Shown one piece after another: positions 10,871-21,200 of a stretch of DNA of 63,943 nucleotides. The notes under the pieces are model-generated. The model saw only the letters and a list, made by a program, of their open reading frames with translations, did no database searches and had not been told where the DNA came from. Origin of the DNA: an uncultured Clostridium sp. GTDB lineage: Bacteria; Bacillota; Clostridia; TANB77; CAG-508. A program made the translations under genes and the position numbers. Location of the stretch: positions 1 through 63,943 of the forward strand of contig CAMCQH010000006.1 of assembly GCA_945877035.1 (NCBI GenBank), given 5' to 3'. Position 1 is the stretch's first letter. Each line of letters starts with the position of its first letter.

Positions 10871-11130
10871 TAATTTTTTGATTTATCAAATCTATCTAAT
10901 GCTTCTACATCATTAAATAGAGGAGAATCAAAAAAATCCTTTAGCTGAATATTTAATCCTTCGCAAATATGAATAATAGAACTCAATGTGGGTTCTTTTA
11001 CTTTACCACGTCTACAATCACTTATTATGGAATTTGAAATACCAGCTTTATACGAAAGTTTATAAGCTGTTAAATCATTTTCTTTTAATAATTCATTAAT
11101 TCTAAGCTTTATGGCTTCTGACAATATCAT
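10870..11130 (-). CDS. XRE family HTH regulator (cassette 2)
   Basis: LTAYKLSYKAGISNSIISD...PTLSSIIHICEGLNIQLKDFFDSPLF. Confidence 0.88.
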   Translation of the reverse strand: MILSEAIKLRINELLKENDLTAYKLSYKAGISNSIISDCRRGKVKEPTLSSIIHICEGLNIQLKDFFDSPLFNDVEALDRFDKSKN

Positions 11131-11181
11131 TAAAATCACCTTCTACTATGATTAAAATTAAGTATATCAAAATGGATATAT

Positions 11182-11286
11182 AAAATATTCGGAATATTCC
11201 AAATATTTTTCTAAATGTATTGAAAAAATAAAAATGCTATGTTATTATATTTTTATATTCGGAACTATCCGAATATAAAAATATAA
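11182..11286. promoter_or_regulatory. Promoter flanked by two ATATTCGGA-N4-TCCGAATAT-type operators (cassette 2)
   Basis: TTGAAA at 11220, TGnTATTAT with -10 at 11243; perfect IR at 11245-11286; imperfect copy at 11182-11209. Confidence 0.75.
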
Positions 11287-11312
11287 AGGAAAAACAAAGG
11301 AGGAACAAAACA

Positions 11313-12677
11313 ATGAAAAGTTTAAAAGCATCAAAAGGAATAACACTAGTAGCACTTGTTATAACTATTATTATTTTATTGATATTAGCAGCAATATCAA
11401 TACAAGCAATAACAAACACAGGAATATTTACACAAGCAAATAATGCAAAAAGGGAGTCTGAAATAGCAAATATAAAAGAACAAATAGTATTGGATATTTA
11501 TGAAAAACAATTAGAACCACCAGTAGGAAGCATAACAGAAGATCAATTAGAAACAATATTAGGAAAGTATGGAACAATAATTTATGAGGAAGATGGAGTA
11601 ACGATAAAAGGAATAACAACAGCGAAAGGATATGAAATATTGTTAAAAGATATCTATAGAGGCGAAACAGTAGCAGAATCAGTTCCAGATGGAGCAACAG
11701 TAACTCCAGTCAATGATATAACAACATGGTTAAAAACAGCTGAAATATCAAAACAATATTCATATACAACAATAGAACAAGTAATTGAAGATAGTACATG
11801 TACACAAAGTTTAATGAACAATGAAAATGCGATGAAATATCTTGCAAGATCAACAGAATTTGCAAATGCAATATGTGCAAATGAAGCAGCAATGACATAT
11901 TTAGGACAGTCTGCATATGTAGATAACACTGTGCTAAATAGTGATAGTTGGAAACAGTCTATTAAAGCATCTGAATATTGGTCGCTCGTATACGCTTCCA
12001 AAGTTGTTACGGTATATGGAGCTGTCGATGAAACTATTACTATTGATGGCTATTACGGTTCATTTACTACCGGAACAAATGGCTCTTGTAGTCATGTTGT
12101 ACCGATTGACACCATTACGCTTACTGGTAGTGTAAGTGGTCAGTCATTTACAAGAACTGTGACTTCTGAAACTACAGAAGTTTATGTAATGACTGAAGGG
12201 GCTTTGTATTGGTATGGAACGCTTAACCATAGTTCAATAGTTAATTGCAGAAAATATACACATAAACAAGCATCTGCATATGCATACATGTCTGGTATAT
12301 ATACAAATATGAAAATCGATTTATCAAAGTATAAGAAGGTGTGTGTTGATTATGAATGTGTTTCTGTAGATAGTAACTCGATAACAAACACTAGTATTGC
12401 AATATGGGATGGTGATTATAATATATCTAATATCCCATCTATGACAGTTGATGAAACAGCTGGAATAATTGGAGAAAGATTACCTAGTGGCTATACACAT
12501 AAAGAATTAAATATTTCTGATATTAGTGGTTCTTATTATGTAAATATATTCGAAGGTAATCCATCAAGTATAGATAGCTATGCTAAATGCTATTGTGAGA
12601 ACAAAGCCAGTTATCTTTATTTAAATGGTTATAACAACACTTATATCTTAAAAATCTATAAAGTTTGGGTTGAATAG
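11313..12677 (+). CDS. Prepilin-like adhesin (cassette 2)
   Basis: KG-ITLVALVITIIILLILA; first ~210 aa closely similar to 38682..40145; C-terminal domain resembles that of 62501..63385. Confidence 0.8.
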   Translation: MKSLKASKGITLVALVITIIILLILAAISIQAITNTGIFTQANNAKRESEIANIKEQIVLDIYEKQLEPPVGSITEDQLETILGKYGTIIYEEDGVTIKGITTAKGYEILLKDIYRGETVAESVPDGATVTPVNDITTWLKTAEISKQYSYTTIEQVIEDSTCTQSLMNNENAMKYLARSTEFANAICANEAAMTYLGQSAYVDNTVLNSDSWKQSIKASEYWSLVYASKVVTVYGAVDETITIDGYYGSFTTGTNGSCSHVVPIDTITLTGSVSGQSFTRTVTSETTEVYVMTEGALYWYGTLNHSSIVNCRKYTHKQASAYAYMSGIYTNMKIDLSKYKKVCVDYECVSVDSNSITNTSIAIWDGDYNISNIPSMTVDETAGIIGERLPSGYTHKELNISDISGSYYVNIFEGNPSSIDSYAKCYCENKASYLYLNGYNNTYILKIYKVWVE

Positions 12678-12686
12678 AACAACAAA

Positions 12687-12865
12687 ATCACTATTTAGCA
12701 CATTAACAGGATATCTAACTGCTTATAACTTTACATCAAAAACACATATTCCATGAAAGGAGATTTTCGATATACCTAACTTTGAAGCAAGAGCGTCAAA
12801 ACTTAGTAACTTTTGTATTAAATTATTTAAGAGCAGCAATGATATAAGTGAATAAATAAGAAAAT
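12687..12865 (+). repeat. ~180-bp conserved 3' flank, copy 1 (copy 2 at 40204-40382)
   Basis: Colinear match, e.g. cacattaacaggata...acacatattccatgaaaggag...ataagtgaataaataagaaaat. Confidence 0.9.
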
Positions 12866-13146
12866 AAATATTGAAAACATATAAAACCTTCTGCATAATA
12901 TAATTATGTAACTAAGAGTTGCAAATATATTATATAGGAGGCATTTTTGATGACAAAGGGACATGTGTTAGAAAAAATGAGTAAAGACATGCAAATGAGA
13001 AATTGATTATTAGTAAACAAAATAGAAATGTAGAAAACTTCACAAACAAAAATTTGCAAAAAAGTATTGACATTTTGGGTTTATATTTATATAATAGGCA
13101 AAGAAAATAAGAAAAAATCAAAAAGTCAAGAAAGTAGGATAAAAAA

Positions 13147-13701
13147 ATGAAAGAACAATTTTTAGAATTATTAAAACAAGTCAAAAGAGAAGGAATAGAT
13201 GAGCTAATAGAATTCATAGAAAAAACAGACTTTTTCAAAGCACCAGCAAGTACAAGATTTCACGGAGACTATGAAGGCGGACTAGTAGAACACAGTATGA
13301 AAGTATATGAAATACTAAAACATAAAGTAGAAACAAATATAGAACCATTAGAAGTGAATCTAGAAACATTAATAATAGTACCATTATTACACGATTTATG
13401 CAAAGCAAACTTCTATAAAGTAGATTACAGAAATGCCAAAAATGCATTAGGGGTATGGGAAAAAGTACCATATTACACAATAGATGACACAATTCCATAT
13501 GGACATGGAGAAAAATCAGTAATGATGATAACAGAATACATGAAATTAACACCAGAAGAAAAATACGCAATTCGTTGGCACATGGGATATACAGAACCAA
13601 AAGAATTATATAACACAATAGGAGCAGCGTATAAAAAATATCCATTAGCATTATTAATGCATGAAGCAGATTTAGAGGCAACTTATTTTTATGATATATA
13701 A
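13147..13701 (+). CDS. HD domain hydrolase
   Basis: DFFKAPASTRFHG..EGGLVEHS, LLHDLCK, GHGEKSV, AIRWHMG. Confidence 0.85.
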   Translation: MKEQFLELLKQVKREGIDELIEFIEKTDFFKAPASTRFHGDYEGGLVEHSMKVYEILKHKVETNIEPLEVNLETLIIVPLLHDLCKANFYKVDYRNAKNALGVWEKVPYYTIDDTIPYGHGEKSVMMITEYMKLTPEEKYAIRWHMGYTEPKELYNTIGAAYKKYPLALLMHEADLEATYFYDI

Positions 13702-13712
13702 GGGAGGAAAAT

Positions 13713-14342
13713 ATGTTAGCATATATAAAAGGAACACTAGAAATGAAAATGACAGGATACATAGTAATAGATGTGGGAGGACTAGGATATAAAGTATTTA
13801 TGTCAGATTCAGGAATAGAAAAATTAGGGAATATCGGAGAAACAGTAAAAGTACACACATATTACAAAGTAAGAGAAGATGACATAAGCATATTTGGATT
13901 TAACACATTAGAAGAACTAAAAATGTTTGAATTATTAATATCAGTAAGTGGAGTTGGAGCAAAAACAGCATTAGGAATGCTTGCAGTATGTGAGCCAACA
14001 GAATTTGCATTAGCAGTTATAACAGAAGATGTAAAAACATTAACACAAATGCCAGGAATTGGTGCTAAATCAGCACAAAGAATAATTTTAGAATTAAAAG
14101 ATAAAATAAAGAAAGAACAACAAATACAAGAATTAACAAAGGCAACAGAAGGAATAAGTGGCGTAAAAACAAAATTAGAAGAAAAAATAGAAAATGAAGA
14201 AAAAATAGATGAAGCAATTGCTGCGCTTCAAGTATTAGGATACAATAAAAGAGAAATAGAAAAAGCATTTGACAAATTAGTTAAAGAAAATATGACAACA
14301 GAAGAATTAATAAGAAAAGGACTATCAATTTTAGGAAAATAA
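13713..14342 (+). CDS. ruvA: Holliday junction branch migration protein RuvA
   Basis: MLAYIKG, DVGGLGYKV, LISVSGVGAKTA, PGIGAKSAQRIILELKDK. Confidence 0.95.
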   Translation: MLAYIKGTLEMKMTGYIVIDVGGLGYKVFMSDSGIEKLGNIGETVKVHTYYKVREDDISIFGFNTLEELKMFELLISVSGVGAKTALGMLAVCEPTEFALAVITEDVKTLTQMPGIGAKSAQRIILELKDKIKKEQQIQELTKATEGISGVKTKLEEKIENEEKIDEAIAALQVLGYNKREIEKAFDKLVKENMTTEELIRKGLSILGK

Positions 14343-14401
14343 AAAGGAGAGATTAGGAGAACAGTACCCTTAATCCCTCTCTCTTTAAAGGAGAAAAAAT
14401 C

Positions 14402-15643
14402 ATGAACAATAATGAACCACTAGCATACAGAATGAGGCCAAAAACACTAGAAGAATATGTTGGCCAAGAACACGTATTAGGAAAAGACAAAATATTATAC
14501 AGAACAATAAAAGCAGACAGATTATCAAGCATAATATTATTTGGACCTCCGGGATGCGGAAAAACATCACTAGCAAAAGTAATAAGTGAAACAACCAAAT
14601 ATAAATTCTATAAAATAAATGCAGTAACAGCAGGAGTAGCAGACATCAAAAAAGTAATAGAAGAAACAAAAAATTATATGATAAACCCAACAGGAAAAAG
14701 CATACTATTTATAGATGAGATACACAGATTTAACAAACTACAACAAGATGCTTTACTTCCATTTGTTGAAAATGGATTAATAATTTTAATTGGAGCAACA
14801 ACAGAAAATCCATATTTTGAAGTAAACAAAGCTTTAATATCAAGGTCAATGGTTATAAAACTAGAGCCACTAACTGAAGAGAATATCTATACAATATTAA
14901 AAAATGCAATTGAAAGAAAAGATGGACTAGGGGAATACAATATAAAAATAGAAGATAAAACTTTAAGAAAGCTTGCAACTATATCAAATGGAGATGTAAG
15001 AACAGCATTAAATGGACTAGAAATTGCAGTACTTACAACAAATATGGAAAGTGATGGATATATTCATATAACTGATGATGTTATAAAAAATTGTGTGCAA
15101 AGTAGAAAAGCTATATTTGATAAAAATGGAGATACACATTATGATAATATAAGTGCATTCATAAAATCAATGAGAGGTTCAGACCCAGATGCAACTGTAT
15201 TTTATTTAGCAAGAGCCTTAAATGGAGGAGAAGACCCAATGTTTTTAGCAAGAAGAATTGTAATATGTGCATCAGAAGATGTAGGCATGGCAAACCCAAA
15301 TGCATTAGTAGTCGCAAATGCTGCAATGCAAGCAGTACATATGGTAGGAATGCCAGAAGCAAGAATATTACTTTCAGAAGCAGCAGTATATGTAGCAACA
15401 TCTAAAAAATCAAATGCAAGTTATTTAGCAATAAACAAAGCATTAGAAGATGTAGCAAATAAAGACACAGGAACAATACCAATGCATATAAGAAATGCAC
15501 CAGTAGAAGAAATGAAAAAACTAGGATATCATGAAGGATATCTATATCCACACGATTTTCCAGGACATTGGGTAGAACAACAATATCTACCAGACAAAAT
15601 GTTAGGAACAAAATATTATATAAAAGATGAAAATATTGATTAA
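14402..15643 (+). CDS. rarA: Replication-associated recombination protein A
   Basis: PLAYRMRPKTLEEYVGQEH, GPPGCGKT, DEIHRFNKLQQD, SAFIKSMRGSDPDA. Confidence 0.95.
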   Translation: MNNNEPLAYRMRPKTLEEYVGQEHVLGKDKILYRTIKADRLSSIILFGPPGCGKTSLAKVISETTKYKFYKINAVTAGVADIKKVIEETKNYMINPTGKSILFIDEIHRFNKLQQDALLPFVENGLIILIGATTENPYFEVNKALISRSMVIKLEPLTEENIYTILKNAIERKDGLGEYNIKIEDKTLRKLATISNGDVRTALNGLEIAVLTTNMESDGYIHITDDVIKNCVQSRKAIFDKNGDTHYDNISAFIKSMRGSDPDATVFYLARALNGGEDPMFLARRIVICASEDVGMANPNALVVANAAMQAVHMVGMPEARILLSEAAVYVATSKKSNASYLAINKALEDVANKDTGTIPMHIRNAPVEEMKKLGYHEGYLYPHDFPGHWVEQQYLPDKMLGTKYYIKDENID

Positions 15644-15766
15644 AAAATAAAAAATTGGAAAACCTACTATAAAAAGAGTAGGTTTTTTTTAAAGTTCTAG
15701 GAAATTTCATCTCGATAGAGTGAAATCGACGTAGAAATTAGTTATGCGAAATAAAGTGGAGCTATT

Positions 15767-16136
15767 ATGTCAGAGATGTTAAAAAAATATATTAAACAAA
15801 TGATAATAGGTTTTTTAGCAGGTCTAGTTAGTCGGCTTTTTTTCAACAGGAGGAGGGCTGATACTAGTACCAGCATTTATCTATTTACTTAATTTAGAAC
15901 CCCAAAAAGCAAGAGGAACATCAGTATTTTGCATATTGCCAATGGTACTAACAAGTAGTTTTTTCTATTACAAAGGCAATTTTATAAATTGGCAAACAGC
16001 ATTTTTATGTGGAATTGGAGGAGCAATAGGAGGATATATAGGAGCAAAATTATTAAAAAAGCTACCAGATAAAGTTTTGAAAATAGCATTTACGATATTT
16101 TTAATATATGTATCAATAAAAATGATTTTTAAATAA
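15767..16136 (+). CDS. TauE/SafE (TSUP) family half-transporter with +1 frameshift at CGG 15833
   Basis: IIGFLAGLVS then AGT-C-GGC-TTT-TTT-TCA-ACA-GGA-GGA-GGG; skipping C15833 gives GFFSTGGGLILVP joined to ORF 15936..16136. Confidence 0.8.
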
Positions 16137-16238
16137 AATATTCAAATGTCATATAATAAAAACAGCGTTTCATAAAAAAATAAGAAAATTAAAAAAATAT
16201 GTCGTAAGATATAATATATAAAAGGAAGAGAGGAAACA

Positions 16239-16439
16239 ATGGAAAAAGATATATTAGAAAAAAGTAAATGGAAAAACAAAAATACTCAATACTTATTTGA
16301 ATTGCAAAAATTTTTAGATTTAGCAGATAACATAGAAGATGAAAGCCTAAGAAAATTAATAATAAGTCAAATGCTAAAATGCGATAAATGTGTAACAAAT
16401 ATTGCTGAAAAAATGTTTAAAGAAATTAAAAATTTATGA
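16239..16439 (+). CDS. Hypothetical protein
   Basis: GAGG RBS, 66-aa ORF with native codon usage. Confidence 0.6.
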   Translation: MEKDILEKSKWKNKNTQYLFELQKFLDLADNIEDESLRKLIISQMLKCDKCVTNIAEKMFKEIKNL

Positions 16440-16580
16440 TGAGCGAACGAAACGGTAAGATTTGGCATTCAAAATTTTTGAAAAAATTTTGAATGACGAT
16501 GAACGGAGCTAAGTGGTAAGATTTGGCAGACAAAATTTTTGAAAAAAATTTTGGATGACGATGAACGAACGAAGTGAGTG
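16438..16580. repeat. Tandem ~61-bp palindromic repeat (2 units plus partial third)
   Basis: gatga(a/g)cg...ggtaagatttggca...caaaatttttgaaaaaattttg.atgac repeated; related inverted copy at 17708-17733. Confidence 0.75.
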
Positions 16581-16593
16581 AAAGGAAAAATAA

Positions 16594-16968
16594 ATGACAG
16601 AGATATTAATAGGACTCATTTCTGGAATTATAAGTGGAACAGGAATGGGTGGAGGAACAATATTAATATTTTTATTAACATTTATGTGTGGATTAGAGCA
16701 ACACATAGCACAAGCTACAAATTTAATATTTTTTATACCAACATCAATTGTAGCAATAATAGTAAATATAAAAAACAAAAATATAGATTTAAAATTAGCA
16801 ACAATAATATCCATATTTGGAATATTAGGAGCCATAATAGGAGCAAATTTATCAATTCACACAGATGTAAAAACTTTAAGAAAATATTTCGGGATTTTTT
16901 TAGCAATTATTGCTATTCATGAAATATATACCATAATAAAAGAGAATAAAAAAACAAAAATGGGATAA
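16594..16968 (+). CDS. TauE/SafE (TSUP) family half-transporter
   Basis: GLISGIISGTGMGGGTILI...QHIAQATNLIFFIP. Confidence 0.88.
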   Translation: MTEILIGLISGIISGTGMGGGTILIFLLTFMCGLEQHIAQATNLIFFIPTSIVAIIVNIKNKNIDLKLATIISIFGILGAIIGANLSIHTDVKTLRKYFGIFLAIIAIHEIYTIIKENKKTKMG

Positions 16969-17031
16969 AATAAAACTAAATTAAGACAATAACAATTAAC
17001 GAAGCGAAGTGTAGAGAAAGGATTGATAAAT

Positions 17032-17172
17032 ATGAAATTTGCAAAGGGATTATTAGTAGGTGGATTAATTACTACTGGCTTAATAATGATGTATAATGAT
17101 ACAAATATGATGAATAAAAATAAAATGATGAAAAAAGGCAAGCAATTTGCTAAAAAAATAGGAATAATGTAA
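17032..17172 (+). CDS. Small hypothetical membrane protein (46 aa; not in ORF track)
   Basis: AAAGGA RBS; MKFAKGLLVGGLITTGLIMMY...; followed by hairpin terminator. Confidence 0.6.
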   Translation: MKFAKGLLVGGLITTGLIMMYNDTNMMNKNKMMKKGKQFAKKIGIM

Positions 17173-17231
17173 CAAAAAAGCTGTCAAAAGGAATAATCCT
17201 TTTTGACAGCTTTTAACTTATTAAAATATTA

Positions 17232-17693
17232 TTATTCACAACAGTCATCTTTTGATTCTTCAACGCTTTCATTTCTATGCCAAGGTTTTTCATCATCTAT
17301 AAAGCAATCACATTTATCATGTTTTTCACCTTTTAAGCATTTTCCTTCATGATGACATTTAGCACAAATTTTTATTTTCTTTGTTGTATTTGCCCAAATT
17401 TGAAGAGCATAATGTCTATCAGGACAAAGAGGACCAAAAACAAATTCACCTTCTTCATCTGTGAAAGTATGACCAATAGGTCTTCTTTCTTCTTTACCAC
17501 AGTCATATACAATTTCAGTTAATTTAACAACAGCATCACGTACAGGCTCTTTAAAACAGTCTTTTATAACACCATAAATAACATCTCTATTATCCTCTGG
17601 TAAAGTTATATCTAAGTCAAATTGCTTTCCTCCTGCTATAACACCATCAACATCTAATATTGGACAATAAGGTTTTTTACCTTCCATTTCCAT
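17232..17693 (-). CDS. Cys-rich protein with carboxypeptidase-regulatory-like domain (possibly spore-associated)
   Basis: VIYGVIKD..EPVRDAVVKL...HTFTDEEGEFVFGPL. Confidence 0.55.
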   Translation of the reverse strand: MEMEGKKPYCPILDVDGVIAGGKQFDLDITLPEDNRDVIYGVIKDCFKEPVRDAVVKLTEIVYDCGKEERRPIGHTFTDEEGEFVFGPLCPDRHYALQIWANTTKKIKICAKCHHEGKCLKGEKHDKCDCFIDDEKPWHRNESVEESKDDCCE

Positions 17694-17927
17694 AATACAT
17701 ACATCCTTTCGCTTCGCTCATCATAAATTAAAACTTTTACAAAATTTTAATTTATGAATCTTTTCTTCAAACATAATGTTTGATTATTATATAATATGAA
17801 AAAAAGAGTCAAAAATTGATAAATTTTGCATTTTTTATTTAAAAGTGGTATAATATAAGTAGTTTTAAAGCAAAAAATATGGTTAGCTAGAATAGCAACC
17901 TTAGAAAAGAAAAGGAGAGACATCATT

Positions 17928-18176
17928 ATGACAAGAAGAATCATGACCAAATCAGAGTGGAGAAAAAAGCAGCAGGTGAAGAAAATTATCAGCTTGATAA
18001 TTTCTTTTATAGGAGGCATTGCACTCATATGTTCATTCTGTATGGATGGACCTGCCGCAAAGTACAACGGCCCTATATTCATGGTTAGTTTGGTATTGAC
18101 AGTTTTAGGAATCCTGAGCTTGCTTGTACTTCTGGATCAAAAGTACAAAGATTACCTGAAAGATGCCCTACAGTGA
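17928..18176 (+). CDS. Small two-TM hypothetical protein
   Basis: AAGGAG RBS, two hydrophobic segments, downstream hairpin. Confidence 0.6.
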   Translation: MTRRIMTKSEWRKKQQVKKIISLIISFIGGIALICSFCMDGPAAKYNGPIFMVSLVLTVLGILSLLVLLDQKYKDYLKDALQ

Positions 18177-18280
18177 AGGGCATTTTTCTATTATAATAAA
18201 AATATAAAAAATGAATAAATTACCACTCTTTGGCAAACAATAAAAACAAAAAATGTTTGCATGCAAGGAGTGGAATTTTT

Positions 18281-21200
18281 TTGAAAGAAAATAGAAAACT
18301 AAAAATAACAGGCACAATGCTAGAAAAAGCCCAACTACAAAAACATCTAGAAAAAATAGCATCAAGTCAAAGTATAACAAGAAAATCACAAAAAGACACA
18401 TATCCAGTACCAGGGCTAATAGAAAACTTCAAAACAATAGAAGAAGTATATAACCTACTAAACGAGCACTTAAAATTAGGAATAAACATACACCCAGCAG
18501 GAGAGTGGCTACTAGACAATTTCTATATAATAGAAGAAACTGTAAAACAAATTCAAAAAGAATTACCATTAAAGAAATATATAAACTTTGTAGGAATAGC
18601 AAATGGAGAATATAAAGGATTTGCAAGAATATATGTATTAGCATCTGAAATTGTAGCATATTCAGATGACAAAATAGAAAAAGAAAATTTAAGTGACTAT
18701 TTGGAAAGTTATCAAAATAAAAAAACATTAAGCATGGATGAAATCTGGAATATAGGAATATTCTTACAAATTGCAATAATAGAAAATATCACAGAATGTT
18801 GTAGTAAAATTTATAGTAGCCAAATTCAAAAATATAGAGCTGAAAGCATTGCAGAAAAACTAATAGAAGGCAAAGATAAAAATCAATCAAAATATAAAAA
18901 TAATATAAAAAAAGTAGAAAGAAATATATTCCAAGATATGAAATATCCATTTATAGAATATATGTCATATATTTTAAAAAGATATGGAAAAAAAGCAAAC
19001 GCATACTTAAATGCTCTAGAAGAAGTGGTAGAAAAATTAGGAACTACAGTATCTGATGTAATAAAAAAAGAACATTTTGAGATAGCTGTAAACAAAGTGT
19101 TAATGGGAAATAGCATAACAAGTATAAAAGAAATACAAAGAATAAATTTTTTAGAAATATTTGAAAAAATAAATGGAGTAGAAGAAATATTAAAAAAAGA
19201 CCCTGCACAAGTATATAGCAAAATGGATTATAAAACAAAAGATTATTATAGAGGAAAAATAAAAGAAATAAGCAAAAAAACAAAAATATCAGAAATATAT
19301 ATTGCAAGAAAAATGCTAGAACTAGCAGAAGAAAATTTCGAAAAAGAAGGAGAAAACAAAAAATCTCATATAGGATATTATTTAATTGATAAAGGAATAA
19401 ATAAATTATATGATAAGCTAGAATATAATACAAAAAGGAAAGAAACGGAACAAAATAAAACAAAAATATATATCTTGTCAGTAACAATTTTAAGTATAGT
19501 ACTATCAATTTTATTAAGTTATTTTCTAAATTTAAAAATACAAAATACAGGAATTTCAATATTAAGTTTCATACTATTTTTAATACCATCAAGTGAAGTA
19601 ATAATTCAAATAATTCAATATATTTTAAATAAAACAGTTAAACCAAAATTAATTCCAAAAATAGATTTTTCAAGTGGCATAGATAAAGAAAATGCTACAT
19701 TTGTAGTTATTCCAACAGTTTTAAAAAATAAAGAAAAAGTAGCAGAAATGATGGAAAATCTAGAAAAGTACTATTTAGCAAATAAATCAGAAAATTTATA
19801 TTTTGCACTATTAGGAGACTGCTCACAAAGTAGCCTTAAGCAAGAAAAATTTGATGAAGAAGTCATTCAAGAAGGAATAAAACAAGTAGAAAAACTAAAC
19901 AAAAAATATCCAAATGAAAGCTTGCCAATTTTTAGCTTTATATATCGAGAAAGACAATGGAATGAAAAGGAAAACTGCTATTTAGGCTGGGAAAGGAAAA
20001 GGGGATTATTAAATCAATTTAATGAATATATATTACAACAAAAAAATCCATTTAAAATAAACACAATTCAAGACCACATAGAAAATGAACAAACAAAACA
20101 AATATTAAAAAATATCAAATATGTAATAACTTTGGATGCAGACACAGATTTAATTTTAAATTCTGCTCAGGAATTAGTAGGAGCTATGGCACATATCTTA
20201 AATAAACCCGTAATAGATGAACAAAAAAATATAGTAGTAGAAGGTTATGGAATAATGCAACCAAGGGTAGGAATAGAGCTAGATGTAAGCTACAAAACAT
20301 TATTTACAAAAATATTTGCAGGTGCAGGAGGTATAGACAGTTATACAAATGCAATTTCAGATATATATCAAGATAATTTCAAAGAAGGAATTTTTACAGG
20401 AAAAGGAATATATGACTTAAAAGTATTTTCAAAAGTAATGGAAAATGCCATTCCAGAAAATACAGTATTGAGCCATGATTTACTAGAAGGATGCTATTTA
20501 AGATGTGGTTTGGTATCAGATGTAATGCTAATGGATGGATACCCAACAAAATACACAAGTTTTATGAATAGGCTATCAAGATGGATTAGAGGAGACTGGC
20601 AAATAATACGATGGCTAGGACACAAAAGTCCATTAAATTTGTTATCAAAATATAAAATATTTGATAACTTAAGAAGAAGTTTATTTGAAATTTCAATATT
20701 AGTAGCATTAATATATATAAATATATCAAGAAGCGTTTTTGATATTGATATATTAGGAATTGACACATTATTGATATTGATTGAAATAACACCATATATA
20801 TTAGAATTATTCAATTATCTAATAGCAAAAAAAGATGGAGAAGAAAAACAAAAAACATTTACACCACAAATATCTGGATTAAAAGGGATATTTTTAAGAG
20901 CAATAATCTCACTTGGATGTATGCCATATAAAGCATATACTGCCTTAAAATCAATTGTAAAAACAATATACAGATTACTAATTACACATAAAAATTTATT
21001 AGAATGGACAACATCAGAAGAAGCGGAAAAACTAGGCAAGACAGACTTTATATCATATTATAAAAACATGTTTATAAATGTAATAGCAGGAATAATATCA
21101 TTTATAATTTATTCACAAGATAAAAGCATAATAGCATTATTACTAGGAATTTTATGGCTAATAGCACCTGCTATAATGTGGTATATAAGCAAAGAAAACG

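Noticed and set aside
12687-12865. Integrase remnant in the 180-bp repeat (reverse frame KLGISKISFHGI)
   Set aside because: Lacks the following RH motif and has stops in both copies
13713-15643. ruvA followed by ruvB
   Set aside because: The AAA protein carries RarA motifs, not RuvB motifs; ruvB is presumably elsewhere
16438-16580. Possible CRISPR array
   Set aside because: Units are contiguous with no unique spacers; no cas genes in the window
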